Part shown: one piece after another, positions 1-14,373 of the stretch
Position numbering within the stretch: position 1 is the first letter of the stretch
Layout: each line of letters starts with the position of its first letter
Assembly: GCA_051362555.1 (NCBI GenBank)
Contig: CM120640.1
Span: 7,254,001-7,318,000 of the forward strand
Direction: 5' to 3'
DNA: 64,000 nucleotides
Origin: Lingula anatina
Lineage: Eukaryota; Animalia; Brachiopoda
The notes under the pieces: model-generated
The model's input: the letters and a program-made list of their open reading frames with translations, nothing else
Databases searched by the model: none
What the model was told of the DNA's origin: nothing
Made by a program: the position numbers and the translations under genes

Positions 1-1673
1 AACTGTTAATGCCAGAGACCTCTTGTTTTTTTCATTTTGTAGAGCTTGTCAAGCACAACACTGAAGGTGGTGTCCGTTTTTTGTTTTCGATACGGCTTAC
101 GCATTGTACTATATCGACAGTTCAACATCCAATATTTAGTGGTGAAAATAAAATGTGAAATACTACAAAATTAGCAGAGATATGCCCATAGTTACTATTG
201 AACTTGAATAGGAAGTCATATACTTGTAATCTAACTGACTTGAAATTGACCTTTGACCTACTTTTTATGATGAACTGCACTTAGCAAGTTTTCTGATTTT
301 TATATCTCCAAAACTGGCAAAGATATGCCCATAGTTACTGTTGAACTTGAATAGGAAGTCATATACTGGCAATCTAACTGTGATCCTGAAATTGACCTCT
401 GACCTACTTTACACCATGAACTGAACTTTACAAATATTCTAGCCCTTATATCTCTTAAACTGGCAAAGATACGCCCATAGCTACTGTTGAACTTGAGTAG
501 GAAGTCATATACTGGCAATCTTACTGTGACCTTTAAATTGACCTCTGACCTACTTTTCACCATGAACTGAACTTTGCAAAATTTTGTTCCCTTTTATCTC
601 CAAAACTGGCAGAGATAGGTCCATAGTTACTATTGAACTTGAATAGGAAGTCATATACTGGCAATCTAGGAGTGACCTTTAAATTGACCTTTGACCTAAA
701 TTTCATCATGAATTGAACTTTGCAAATTTTGGTTCCCTTTTATTTCCAAAACTGGCAGAGATAGGTCTATAGTTACTATTGAAGTTGAATAGGAAGTCAC
801 ATACTGGCAATTTATCTGTGACCTTGAAATTGACCTTTGACCTACTTTTCACCATAAACTGAACTTTGCAACTTTTTTAATGCTTATACTTTCAAAACTG
901 GCAAAGATACGCCCATAGCTACTGTTGAACTTGAGTAGGAAGTCATATACTGGCAATTCACTGTGACCTTAAAATTAACCTTTGACCTACTTTTTACCAT
1001 GAACTGAACTTTGCAAATTTCCATTCCCTTTTATCTCCAAAACTGGCAGAGAAAGGTCCATAGTTACTATTGAACTTGAATAGGAAGTAATACACTGGCA
1101 ATCTAACTGTGACCTTGAAATTGACCCTTGACCTAATTTTTATGATGAACTGCTTTTTGCATGTTTTCTGGCCTTTATATCTGCGAAACTTGAAAAAAAA
1201 TGCCTATGGTTACTATTGAACTTGAATAGAAATTCATATACTATGATGTTGAAATTGACTTTGACCTACTTTTTCACCATGAACTGAGCTTTGCATATTT
1301 TCTTGCTCCTCATATCTTCAAAACTAGCAGAGATGTGCCCGGTGTTGCCCCTAGGTTTTCTCTTTTGTCAGCATATATGCACCACTGACAACACATTTTA
1401 AGGAAAACCAATAGGCCTTTTGTCTAGAGAATCACAGGAGTGATCAATGGTAGGAAAATGCAGGTCAGTTCGAAAATCTGCTTGATTGTACCATTTTTAT
1501 TCATATTTTTTGGCATATTTTGAGAACTCTTGTTGATTGCATTTTATAGAGCTTGTCAAGCACAATACTGGTGATGGTGTCCCTTTTTTTTGGGGGGGGG
1601 TCTATACGAATGCGCTTACTCCAGCTGGTGGTACAATATCCGGAGGCGGTATCGCCTCTCTGATCCTCTAGTT
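1..1673 (-). mobile_element. Non-autonomous Helentron/HINE-like element, copy 1 (runs off the window start), in an OSBP intron
   Basis: Ends in ...gctggtggtac...gaggcggtatcgcctc (hairpin)-tctgatcctCTAGTT. It is the reverse complement of 28579-30110 and contains a ~146-bp tandem array. Confidence 0.75.
170..1340. repeat. ~146-bp tandem repeat array, about 8 units
   Basis: The motif ccatagttactattgaacttgaataggaagtcatatactggcaat recurs at about 186, 329, 475, 621, 767, 913, 1058 and 1203. Confidence 0.92.
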
Positions 1674-2260
1674 CAGTATGTGTAGTTAGTATTCTTAGAG
1701 GTTTGTGCCCATACACAACCAGTTTTGGTGAAAGTTTCTGTGCACTCAAAATTTGTAAACAGGGGGCCCACTGTCCCCCAGACTGTGTTTGGAATCCATA
1801 TGCTACACTGATCATTATTTTCTGCATCTTCCAATTACATTCAGATGATTATCAATATCTTGTTGACATTGTATTGGCACTTGGAAAATTTACGGCATGC
1901 TAGGACAGGTTAATAGCCAGCATTTAATTCTGCTCACTAGTTATCTAAGGTAAGCATGATTATTAAGGTGATGATGTACTAGTAGATAATGCCATTGATT
2001 TTTGTTCTGATTTCTGTCTGACATACTCATTTTATATGCATTAGAATTATAACATTTGACCTCAGTGATGTCATCCACTTGTTGAGGTTGGTTTTATTTG
2101 TGATAATTTGTTTCTGTGAACAGAAGGCAGAACTGCAAGTCACTAGGGTCACACTGCAGGAGTTGAGAAGTGCTTTAATTTATACAAGCAATTTTACCTT
2201 GTGATAAAGTCACGAAATGAACAAGAGAAATGTTTGCAGTTATGTAAAGCTAATAGAACC

Positions 2261-2433
2261 CTGGGGTAGCCCTAGCAATTTTTTTCGCTTAGCCAAATCA
2301 CCACTTTTTTGTCAATTTGTTATCCAAATAGTTATAATTTGACTAAAACAAGTCAAATCAAGCCCTTTTTGTTTAGCCAATTTATGTCACTTTTAGCATT
2401 TGGCTAAATTGGCGAGTGTAAGCGCTACCCCCG
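2261..2433. mobile_element. MITE with short TIRs and a 5-bp TSD (hAT5-like)
   Basis: Termini ctggggtagc...gctacccccg; GAACC flanks both sides. Confidence 0.6.
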
Positions 2434-3574
2434 GAACCATAACAGCCTATTAAACATAAATTTACATTTTTAATCCTGGAATATTATGCATATTTATCCA
2501 AGATTTGAAAAAATTTCAAGACTGCATTTTTTCCAGTTGCATTTACAAGGATGAATACTTGCCTGCATTTTCAGTCTGCATTACAAACCAATTGAGGAAT
2601 AGTTATTTCATTATTTATAAAGGATGTAGTATATCTTTGAGATGTAAGCACAGGCTTTTAAAAAAAGGAAGGAGGAACATTTATGACAAAAGCATGCATT
2701 GGTTCTTTAAGGTTTGACATAAAGGAACTTAATTACTGACGCTTTGATGGATCAACGCAAACACAATGAACAGCATTGCAGTAGTGTGACTGTTTTGGAA
2801 GTGAATTGATTCTAGGAGCTGAACAGCTGGTTTCAATTCCTGGTGGAGATGTATGGGGAATTGTTAATTCATAAGCAGTAGAAACTACATTAGTTCAAAT
2901 GGTTCTATATTTTATTGACTATATGCAATCACGATTTTAATGTGGGATGTCCTAGAGGCGACTGCTTGAGTATGACATTAGCTGCAGATATCTGACTTGC
3001 TGCCTGTTGATTTTGTTAGATAAGCTGCATATCTATCTTATCATTGATCTGAATCTTATCATGTAATGAATCTGCCTTGCAGGCTAACTTTAGATGGGCA
3101 AATTGTTGATCAGTTGTTATGCTTAAAAGCTGTTCTGTGCTGCGTAAAATTGTTTTAATGAAGGCGGTTTTAGATAATGCTATTGCTTATGATTCCCCTT
3201 GCTTTCCTTGCTATTTTCACCTCTTTTGCTGTTGCATTTGTTACTGGTACTATATGTAGAGCATTCCATGTTACAATGACTCACACTGTTCTATCTTTAT
3301 ACCTATGCTTATGAATCATGTGAGTTGGCAACCTACTGTGCTGGGGTAGATTATTGGTAAAACCAACAAAGCAGTGCAATACTCTACCTCTTTCCTCAGT
3401 TTTCTCCTCAGTCTGTCAGTGTGTCCAGTTCCTATAGGTGAAGGGCAGGGAGTGATACATCCAATTGATTGAAGTGAAATTGCATTAGGAGTGATTTTTC
3501 TCTGTAGTGAAGTCATTTTGTTTCACCACAATATGTTATAAGGCATTCATGTAAATGGAACTTGGATTTTGTAG

Positions 3575-3628
3575 GCATATCTGAAGATGGAGATTATGTT
3601 GTTTTCAATTTTTACAAAGAAAAAACAG
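3575..3628 (+). CDS. Candidate 54-bp cassette exon of OSBP (GISEDGDYVVFNFYKEKT)
   Basis: ttttgtag acceptor and CAG|gtaagc donor. The frame is open and phase 1-1, matching the phase-1 start of the exon at 5455. Confidence 0.4.
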
Positions 3629-5454
3629 GTAAGCATTCCATGTGCATATTTTTGTCAGTATGTGGGCTATGTTGTAAACTCTTCAGTCAGAATTCATGAT
3701 AATTCTACTTGTTAATTAGAATTTTAGGTAAACTGTAGATTTCAGATTCTTTATTTACTTGCAAGTAATGTTCTTTTATGGCCAGGTTTGTTATTGCATG
3801 TTTGTTGTATCAGTTCATACATTTGCAAATTGTGTTACTGAGAACAAAAATTGCCATTAACGTTTTAATTACAATAATGCCGAATTAAACTTGGGCACAC
3901 TTTTAAAGGCCTGTTTTTCTACTGGTTATCAGATTTTATTTACCCTTATTGTGCAGCAGAGTAGGATCTTTGTTCTATTGTTAGTGTCCTTATGTGTACA
4001 TACATCTCTATATGTATGACTGATGCATGAAAATATAGTTACCAGTAAAGTCAGGTATTTGGGCCTGTAATTCTGCAGTTCCTTCATTGAATTTATTGTC
4101 CATTACCTTTTGTTGGTTACAAATGCATTTGCACAAGAGATTTAAAAAAAGAAAGGAATTTTCATATGGAAATCAACTTCAGCTTATCCTCCAAAATGTT
4201 GTTGGTGCCATATGTCTTCATTTTTTCTCTGACTCTCTCGTCCATTAAATTGACAACATTAGTTGTAAGGAATAGAAATGTGGAATATTTTATTATTGCT
4301 AGATTTTCATGGAGAGCCATAATGTGGAAAATGTCCAACTACTGCTATTGATTTCTAAATGTGTATTGCTCTCTTGTGTTGAGATAAGGAAACTGATGTT
4401 CAAAGTGCACAATCTTTAGTACAAATGATGTATTGTGTGTAGGTTTCAAGTGTCCAGTGGCTCTAAGGTTAACATCTTATCGCCTGATATCTAGGCATTT
4501 TTTTTGACACAATATATCTGGACTTTTATCACATCTGCTTCAGGGTGATAGCTGGGTATGTTGTGATATATGTAACGGTATGTATGTGAAATCATGTCAT
4601 ATGGTATATGTGTGCACAGTTATGTATTTTAATGTAAAAGTCACTGTATGCTGTAGCTGCACAAGGTCTTGTCATTTAAAACATATAACTAGTGAGCATT
4701 TTTTGTATAAGATTAAGTGCTGTGGGTTTGCACAGAAAGCACTGAATTTTTTGCCATCTTCTATATAAACGATTGATTTTTGATAAGAGGGCAGTTTGCA
4801 CTATTATAGAATTGAATTAACACACCTAGAAATGGTGAAGTAATTACAGTTTTAAGATATGAGGTGTCTGGAAAACAAGTCAACTTGACAGTTTTTTTTA
4901 TTATTTTCATCATAGTCTTCTTCACCAGTTGGTGGAAAATTTGTTAAGAAGACAAGCCAGGGTTATGATCTCCTGATATGAAATATGAAGAACTTGATAT
5001 ATAACAAAGATATCTAAAAAATGACACTTATGACAGCCACTCAGCTCACCCTAGCATATAGAAATTTTTCCCAAACATGTTAAACTTAAGAAATATGGAT
5101 TATTTATTGATTTGTTTTCACCAGCATATTTTTAATTTTGGTAAATAAAAAAAAGGTATTTGCTAAAAACTAAATATCCTATGGTGACCTCATTTCCAGT
5201 TACATTTCGGTGTTTTCATAGTTCAAAGTGATAGTCCTCTGGTGCAATACAGAGTGTTATAAGATCAAGCTAGTTAGATCAGCCACCTTGGGCCAATTTT
5301 TATCTTTCAGAAGTGGCTGGTGAGATTATTACTGGGGCATATTTCTGTACAGTTGACCACTCATTATTTCAATAAGGTGCTCTTTTATGGGCTTTCCTGC
5401 AGATCATGATTAACATTCAGGATAGAGATTTAAAGCTTGGCATTTCTCTTTTAG

Positions 5455-8400
5455 ATTCTGAAGAAGATGAAGATCTGATTAGCCAGCCAGATAAAGATGA
5501 ACTACAGAATACATTACGAACTCTGGGTGCCAAGCTGGAGGACCTGAACACGTGCAATGATTTAATAGTCAAACATGGTGCCGCCTTGCAGAAGTCTCTG
5601 AGTGAGCTAGAACAACTAGACAACTCAACAGACACTGCAACAAGGATAAAGTCAGTCAACGAAAGAGCAACTCTCTTCAGAATCACGTCAAGTGCAATGA
5701 TAAATGTAGGTATTAACTCCACAGTAATGGTGTGATAGGTGAGAATTACGATCTTATGAGATGCAGTGATACATGTGCTATAAATGTGCTGTGTGATGTT
5801 ATGTGATAATATGCAGTGATTTGATAATGGGTTAGATATACATGTGGAATGCAAAGTCGTGCTTAGAGATTACAAAGATATGCAGCAGTGAGCACAATGA
5901 TTGTATTAAATGGGTACCACACCTTACAGTACTGTGGGTTTGTAAGACACATTGGATGTATGTTTATGAGCTGCTTCTTTGTAACATATCCAAGTCTAGT
6001 TCCATAAAACTCGAAGGTATGGTATACATGGTACAGTATTTTGTGTTCCCTTCTGTGCAGTTGAGCATAGACTGATGTTGTGTTAGGTGTTCCACTGCTA
6101 CATTTTCTTTTCTCAGGCTTGTTCAGACTTCTTGGACTTAGCTCAGACACAAGGCAAAAGGTGGCAACGACTGCTCCAGCATGAACATGAGCAGAGGGTT
6201 CGTCTCGAGGACATGGTGGAGCAGATTGCCAAACAGCAGCAGAACTTAGAGAAGCAGGCCAGGAAATCTCTGGCTGCTGCAAACCTCCACAGCAAAATAG
6301 ACACAAACGACACAGAGCCCAAAGGTATATACTTGAGCTGTTTTACTTTCATGGATGAAAAAAAACCCTTAAATGAAACTGATACTTTGTTTTCCTGTGA
6401 GAAACATATGAAGTAACAATATTTGGAGTAACAGGTGATTCCATCCTCTTGTATAAAATAATGATAGTATTTGATTGCATTGAAAAAGTTGACACTACAA
6501 TTGAACAACTAAAATTGCTATTATTGATTCTGAAAGAGATATTAAGGATCATTAAAAACATTTTTCAAGAGCTGCATTAAATTGAAATTTTAAAGAAGTG
6601 TAATTGAAACTTTAAAATGTTACGAAACTATAAAATTACTAAAACATCACCACTTCTAAGTAGGACTGTTATAGGTGAAACAGTATGTCTCTCTGTCTGT
6701 TTTTCTACATTATATTGTTTTTCTCTTAGTAGAAGGAAGTGAAGAAGAGGAAGATGATTTCTTTGATGCATTAGATATACAACATACGGAATATCAAGTT
6801 GCACTTCCCCACAAACCATCAATGCACAAGTGAGTATACAATTTTCCCGGTATATTTGTACTAATTTTGCTATTATTTCTAAGATTACAAAGCATGGCTT
6901 TGCTCCCTAAAATCCACACTGTCATGTACATGGTTTCATTGATATGTTTACTTTAATTTTTGAATTAGGCGATATATGTGTAATTCTCAGTTTTTTTTAA
7001 TACTCACAAGATTTATCTGTATGTATACTTAATTTAACTACAGAAAAGAATGAGACCTTTTTTACTAGTTGTAATTCTGTGCAGTAGGCAACTTTTGCCA
7101 GCATATTAATAACTTTACATTTAAAGTCAGGGTTCTTCAGATGTGTACACTATTTACTTTGGGGTTAGATTTAATCAAAAAAGACTTATTCCAAACACAA
7201 GATAAATATTTCCTGAGGTTGTGAATATTTAAATGGATGGAAGATTGAAAAAATGTCACCTTATATTTGGATCCCATTTGGAGTAAGCACATTTACTTTC
7301 TTTTCCCCCTTATGAATATTATACCATGGTTTATTATTTAAGATAAATGAAGGTAGAGATGGTGGAAACTGTGCAATCTGCACCCCTTTGTTTTCAAAAC
7401 TATATTTCTAGGAATCGGTACATTCTTTTTCAAAAGAATTTTGTTATACTAAATTTCTGTTTGTCCTTGCTTTACAGAGGTCTGAGGTACGTTTGTTCCA
7501 TATGTCTCCCATAGCATCTTAGAGAGAAATTGAAAATAAGAATATTGAATTCCCTACCAAGACCTCCACCAGTTGTCTTTCTTTTCCACTACAAGTTGTT
7601 TCTTGAAATGGCATACTGCTTGCTATTTATGTTAGAACTTTCAATTGTTCAACTGTTTTCAAGCACGTTAGGATAGACCATGCTGTGAGAATTGCAGTAT
7701 CTGTATAACATGCATATCGTTCAGCATAACCAAATTGCTAACATTTGAATTATGTAAGAAATGCTTGTTGACAGCATATACCGACCTGTGTGAGTTGATT
7801 TTTGAGAATGTTATGGCATGTTTGGCTGGCAGTATTTTAAAGGAATTTTTGATCATCATTACATGACCTATTATTTGTTCTAGTTGATTTTTCCCAGTAA
7901 TACTGCACTCCACATTTAGCCTCATTCAACATCTGCTTCCTTTGTTGCTATAACTCTTCCCGTTTTGAGTTGTCATGCTACCTATTCATTTCGCAGTTGT
8001 AAGCCTTGATATCAAATACAGGAAAGTTATCGTGTCAGCAATACTTTTCTGCCACATCTTCATCAATTTGCACAATTTTATACACTGCAGTGCCTATTCT
8101 GCGTCATTTCCAAGTTTCACTTTGACCTGTATAGCTATGCAGTAAGCTTTGTCATATCATTGTCTGAAAAGCTATGGGACATAGTTTGTGACTCCTGTAT
8201 TTGTACAATCTTGCTTGTTACATGTTCAAATTAAAATGCTGGCATCGTTGAATTTGATAACTGTTCCTTTTCCAAATTAACATTTTTATGTGGTTCAAAA
8301 CTTAACCATCTCAAGTGCTGTATCTATTTATTTAGTCAGCAGGAATCACTTTTCTTAAAGGTCATTCTTATCTCATACTAGAATGTAATTAGAAATAACA

Positions 8401-11400
8401 CACTACTATAATAGCCCTATCTTTACATGCAAAGTTTAATGTCTGCTACATTAAATGTACTACACCCAGTGCATATATTACAGACACTTGACACTATCAG
8501 GTGGTTGACTTCTCATGTCTCTATTTCTTGCAGGCGTGTTGGCAGTGATGTCAGCCAGATTAGTTTGGACAGTCTTGGTGCTGGCTACCAGAGGCAGGAT
8601 TACGACTCCTCAGAATCTGATGCCGAGGGTGACAATGAAGCAAGGGTGATTGCCACTGCCAGAAAACAGTCCAAAACTGTGAGAATTGTTTTATAGTACT
8701 TTTATTGTCACCTCATACAGATTATTACAGCGTATGGCTCATTGACTCTAATGCTAGCAGTTCTACCCTTGAACTAAAAGTTCTCTCAATGTTCACTGCT
8801 TATTAACAGGTTTTTTACTTTCAAAGACTTTTACCAATGTCAGTCTAATATGTATATAGAGTAAACTTTGATATTTTATAAAAACTTCTTTTATGTAAAA
8901 TGTTTCTTTTGTTAATTAGAAAATGGGTCAGCCAGGCACACCTGTCCGAACTCGCCGTGCCAATTCTTTGAGGAAACGTCGAAGTGCTATTTTAGAGCGA
9001 CCTAATCATACTCTGAACTTATGGGGCATTATGAAGAACTGCATTGGCCGAGATCTCTCCAAGATTCCCATGCCAGTAAGTTGTCCTTTGAACAGTGTGT
9101 AGTTTTGTTGAAGGCAAAAGTTTTTATTTTAGTATCAAAAAATTCTTTTAAATCAAAATTATAACATTCATTCACAACAGCTAGATTTTTTTCTGTGATC
9201 AGATTCAATCCAAGTAACAGTTGTGCAGTTGCATTCTTACCTTAAAATCTTAAGCATTTCTGGTAAGATTTTCCATCTGTCATACACTGAAAATCTTTGT
9301 ATTGTTAAATCATTTATGTTCTGTTAATGTTGGTGCAATGTAAAATAAATTTCTAACAAATTGGTGAAATTTTGTTTATTTGCAGGTGAATTTCAGTGAA
9401 CCCCTGTCTATGCTGCAAAGATTAACTGAAGAGTTTGAGTACAGTGAAATCTTGGATACTGCAGCTGCATGTGAAGACTCGTGTGAACAACTGGCTTATG
9501 TGGCAGCCTTCACCATATCTGCCTATGCAACCACTAGCTTCAGAACAGGCAAGCCATTCAACCCACTGCTGGGGGAAACTTATGAATGTGATCGAAGAGA
9601 TGACTATGGTTGGAGAGTCATTAGTGAACAGGTGATTGGTTTTTGCGCAACAATTTTTAATCTTGAATACTCTGAAGCTAGATAAAATTAATACATTTGT
9701 TGTTGATCACAATTATTGGAACCAATTAAGGATAATTCCGTTGAATGCTTACAAGGAATATGGAGAATTGACAAATTTTGTTTTGAAGGTTCTATCATAA
9801 AATGATGCAATAACGAAAATACATCCAAAAACATTCTGTAATTCTAATGGTTATAGTTTATGGTAAGTTAACTGATAATTTTGATACTTTGCTTTAATTT
9901 ATAACCTAATGTATACATTGCCTCTAGGTTAGCCATCATCCTCCTACTGCAGCCATGTATGCTGAGGGCAGAGACTGGGCCTTGTGGCAGGAGTTTACCA
10001 TGTCTAGCAAATTTAGAGGCAAATACTTGGCCATCACACCATTAGGTAAAGAGCATTTAGTGATCAAAGTGCAGATTTTATCTAGGAAGGAGTGGGTATC
10101 CTGGAGGTTTGGTTAATTGTTCTGAAAACTTGAATACTATATTGCATAATGTATCATGAATTTAGATTATAAGATGATAGGGCATCATATTGTCATGTTC
10201 AGTATATTAAACATAGTTCAGAAATGTTACTTTAAGGGGTCACATTTCAGTCAAGTTGGAGTACATTCAGAGGAGGATAGAAATTATATTTCTTAATTTA
10301 TTTTTCTCAGGTATTGCTCATCTTAGATTTAATAAATCTGGAAATCACTATACGTGGAGGAAAGTGACCACCACAGTTCACAATATCATAGTGGGCAAGC
10401 TTTGGGTAGACAACCATGGGGAGATGGACATTGTGAACCACACTAATGGAGACTTGTGTCATTTGAAGTATTCTCAGTATAGCTATTTTTCTAGAGAAAC
10501 TCCCAGAAAGGTAAGTGCTTATTCTTTGGAAAAAATATTATAAAGCTTAAACACATCGTTTTTATTTTGAGAAGTTTTCATCTGAATGTAAATCATGTGT
10601 CCAACAGCAAGACAGAAATCTGCGTGTTGAATGCTTTCTGTTTATTGAATGTTTACTTGGATAGAAAATGTTTTTGATACTCTTTTGTGTGGTGTTATTT
10701 CTCTCAGCCTTATGAAGATAAATAATGCTTTAAGGTGTAATTTTAATTTGTGTGATGTGTGACAAATGATGTCTGACAAAATGTCTAAAAACAGAGACTA
10801 AATGTTTTACTTCAAATAACTTGGTCTTGTCAGTAGATTAATATTCAGAAATTCATACTATTCCTTGCTTTCTCTTGTAGGTAACAGGGGTAGTGGCAGA
10901 CAGGAATGGGCAGACTAACTGGGTGCTAACAGGAATGTGGGATGAAAAGATTGAAGGTGCCAAAGTTTTAAGCTGTACAACATCTAGTAAGGGCAAACCA
11001 GTATTTGAATCGGGTCCCTCAAAGGTGCTGTGGAAGAAAAATCCAATACCGTAAGTGCCCATCTAGTGGTAAAATTGATAACGCTGAAAAACAAAGTAAT
11101 CAAATGTGTAGATATTTTATCTTTAAAAAAGTGAGCTTAGTGAACTTAGTATTCAATATTTTTACAGCTTTTATAATTTTGTAATGGAAAGATTTTACCT
11201 TATTTGCAGCCCTGGCAATGAAAAGATGTATAACTTTACACAATTGGCTGTTGAGCTAAATGAAATGGAGCCTGGCGTGGCACCAACAGACAGCAGACTA
11301 AGGCCAGATCAGAGGTCTATGGAAAACCAAGATTGGGACGGTGCTAATAAGGAAAAACTCAAATTAGAAGAAAAACAAAGACTGGCCAGGAAAAGAAGGG

Positions 11401-11801
11401 AAGCAGAGGCAGAGCAGGCTGCTTCAGAAGGTAATAGAATAGTTTTGATTCTCACACTTTCAGATGTCTTTGGAAATTGGCCAGTTACCTTGATTAAAAT
11501 CATATCTATGATTTTCTGTTAAAAGCTTATTAAGTAAAATGATAACAACTTCTCAACTGTTCATATGGATACAGGCAGGAATGATAATTATCAATTTTGA
11601 TACATTTCAAAACATTTTGTGCACTATTTTTGACATATGTTCCCATATTTTTCAGGTCGGGAGTATGTTCCCTATGAACCTGCTTGGTTCAAAAAGACAA
11701 AAGATCAGCAGACTGGAAATTTAATTCATATGTATACACATGAATATTGGGAAGCCAAAGAAAAACAAGACTGGGGAAGATGTTTAGATATCTATCTATA
11801 A
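5455..11801 (+). CDS. OSBP: Oxysterol-binding protein 1-like, 3' part (PH-domain exons lie upstream of the window). Exons 5455-5705, 6117-6324, 6730-6829, 8534-8678, 8920-9075, 9386-9631, 9928-10045, 10311-10510, 10881-11050, 11210-11430, 11656-11801
   Basis: Coiled coil (NERATLFRITSSAMINACSDF), FFAT motif EEEEDDFFDA, and ORD motifs LWGIMKNCIGRDLSKIPMPVNFSEPLSMLQR, KPFNPLLGETYE, EQVSHHPP, PTDSRLRPDQR, EEKQR. All introns are GT-AG and in phase; TAA ends at 11801. Confidence 0.96.
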
Positions 11802-14373
11802 GACCATTGTATATAGATGTATATTCACAACAATGCATCAGATGTTAAAACAATGGCCTATTTAGTCAGTAATGTTGAACTGATAAATACCTGATGCATC
11901 CATATGAAAAACCACTGGGTTTTATAGTACATAGAATTGGTTTTTCATAGGAGGTAATCAACTTATCACATATTGAAAAAATGGTGCTGGAGACATTTCT
12001 CATTTTTAAAGTGAAAGAATGATTCACTATCTACTTATAATTTAAATTTCAATGAAATTAATAGAGGTATGTATAAGAATCCAGTTGTCGTGATTAAGCT
12101 ATGGAAATTTGTTTTTTCATTTGTTTATCACTACTTTAAAAGGAAAAGAAACTACTCCCAGTCCTTCCAACTGCTGAGATGAACAAACATTGTCAAAACA
12201 ATGGGCCTGTATATGCCATAAAGATATAAATTAAATGTATATTGTTACTGCGGTCAGTGGTGTGAGGGAAAAGGGATACTCATATTGCAATCCTCCAGAC
12301 AGTCTGTCAGGTTAAGGAAATGTAGGCTTTTCTCAAACTGCTGCTTAAATTTTTAAGTCATCTTGTCCCAAAGAAATGCCAAACAATTATTTATCTGTGG
12401 ACAAGCTTGTGTATGCTGTACATTAATATGCATGGGGGTAATTTGTGGGGAAAATTTGTGTCCCAAATGAGCATTTATGTTTACCTGCCTGGGTTGAGAG
12501 TAATCTGTCCTGGTTGTTATTAATCTTTGCAGGAAAAAAATAATGAAAAGTCAATTCTTCCCCATGGCTGTAATTAATGCATTTCAGTGTTGAGAAATTT
12601 GGTAATTTATTGTTTTCAAGATGCATTTGAAAACGAATTTTTTCCAACTGCTCAAAACATTTGTGAGGTTAAGTATAGGTTGACACAAGCATGGAGTAGA
12701 TAATGGACTGGAACCTTTGCTCACTTGTAAATAACCTGAGGCACTTGCACAGTGCTTGTGCAAACTAGATACATAGTGGTGGGGATGCACTTTTGACGAT
12801 ATTTAAGTGAGGATCATAGGGTGTGCACACTGGGGTTAAAGTTGCGCATGTTGTTAATTTCCATAAGTACTCGAGTTGATTTGACAATTGTTACAACTGC
12901 ACATGCGCAGATTAGGTGGGTATAGTTTTGGTGCACTTCAGACTTAAAATAAATGGAAGGGTATTGGTAGTGCTAGTATATTAACATAACTTGTCATATT
13001 TGAAATGCCCAAAATCTATACTTTGGTGTAAGCAATGTGTTGTTAAGTATTTGTAAACAATTAGCTGTTACGAATAGTTTGGTTTAACAAACATATAGAT
13101 ATTGGAGTTAATGAATCTGTGATATAACACAGTAATCTAATCATGTAAAGTCTGCATTGAGTGCTTTAGGTATGCATTCCCAAAATTTATTACATTATAT
13201 AATGCATATGTGGTACCATGTATGGACTGAAAATAAATTGCAACTTTTCCAAAATAATTTTAGCACATTGATTCTCAGGTTCAAGTGCTGTATTTGTGGT
13301 ATGTAGGACAATGTTTAGTTACACTAAGGTTCAGAGAGATAAGTCCACCTCCTAAACTGCCAGTCTGACATACTTGAAAATGGGACAATGTGACGACCCA
13401 TTTTCAGCGGAGTCTTGTTGTATGGAAAGGGGGGGGGTCAATAATTGAAAGATTTCAGATTAAACTATAAAATGCAACAACTGAACTAGAAAACAAAATG
13501 GTTAAAGTTCTGCTTCACAAAGAATCTAATAAACATAAAGCTGTATAAAATCATGTAGTTGTCTATGCAAAAGCATTCAAAAATGCTTCACAAAGGTTCA
13601 GCCTACTTAGATTCAGTAAGGAACAGATACACGAGGAACTTTACAAGAAAAGGTTATTGACAGTCACGTTCAAGACCTTATGCTGTTTACTAGATATTGT
13701 ACCTTTTTCCTGACAATTTGTTTTCAAAGAAACGAAGCATGACATTCAGGAGCAGAAAAAGTTGTTGAATTGGAATAATTCAACATCCATGAAGCTCAAT
13801 TAAAACACGACTGCTTGACTCATTTAACATTTTTTTTCGTTTTCATAACCTGTCAATTTAATCAGAACTTGAAATAGTAGAAGATTACAGGAGCAGGAAC
13901 AATTATTTTTAGTAGTAACTTTATTCAGTCATACTTGGAAGTCCTTATAATACATCTTCCACAACAAATGTTTTCAAGCAGTAAAAAAGTAAACCTTCAA
14001 AAGTAATTTGATAATGGCTTTAAAAAAATTACATTCAAAAACTGTCAAATAGTTAGTACCCCAATGCTTATAAAAATGACGAAGATTTCATATCTGGTGT
14101 TATTTGTCAAATAATTGGGACCATGTCTCCATAGACATTTACATCAGGTTCTTTACATCATATTTCATCCTAAGGAAATTCTAGCTGATCTTGCTACTTC
14201 TGTTCTTCATATTTCTGTCGTAAAAAATGAATATAATCAAAAAGTCTGTAGTTGTCATAATCTTCATAGACATCACATGATAAAGTTCTAATCATGTAAC
14301 TATATATTCCATGCCAATCTCTGTCCGCTACCTGACTACTAAGAAGTACTTCACAAATTCACAGCACATAGCT

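Noticed and set aside
300-563. ORFs 300-563 and 29451-29699 as genes
   Set aside because: They are translations of the tandem-repeat monomer.
170-1340. Regularly spaced repeats as a CRISPR array (also 28920-29945)
   Set aside because: Whole ~146-bp units are homologous with no unique spacers, there are no cas genes, and the context is eukaryotic.
1845-1903. Extra OSBP exons at about 1845-1908 and 4916-4961
   Set aside because: Acceptor-like sites exist, but both have in-frame stops in the phase required by the exon at 5455.
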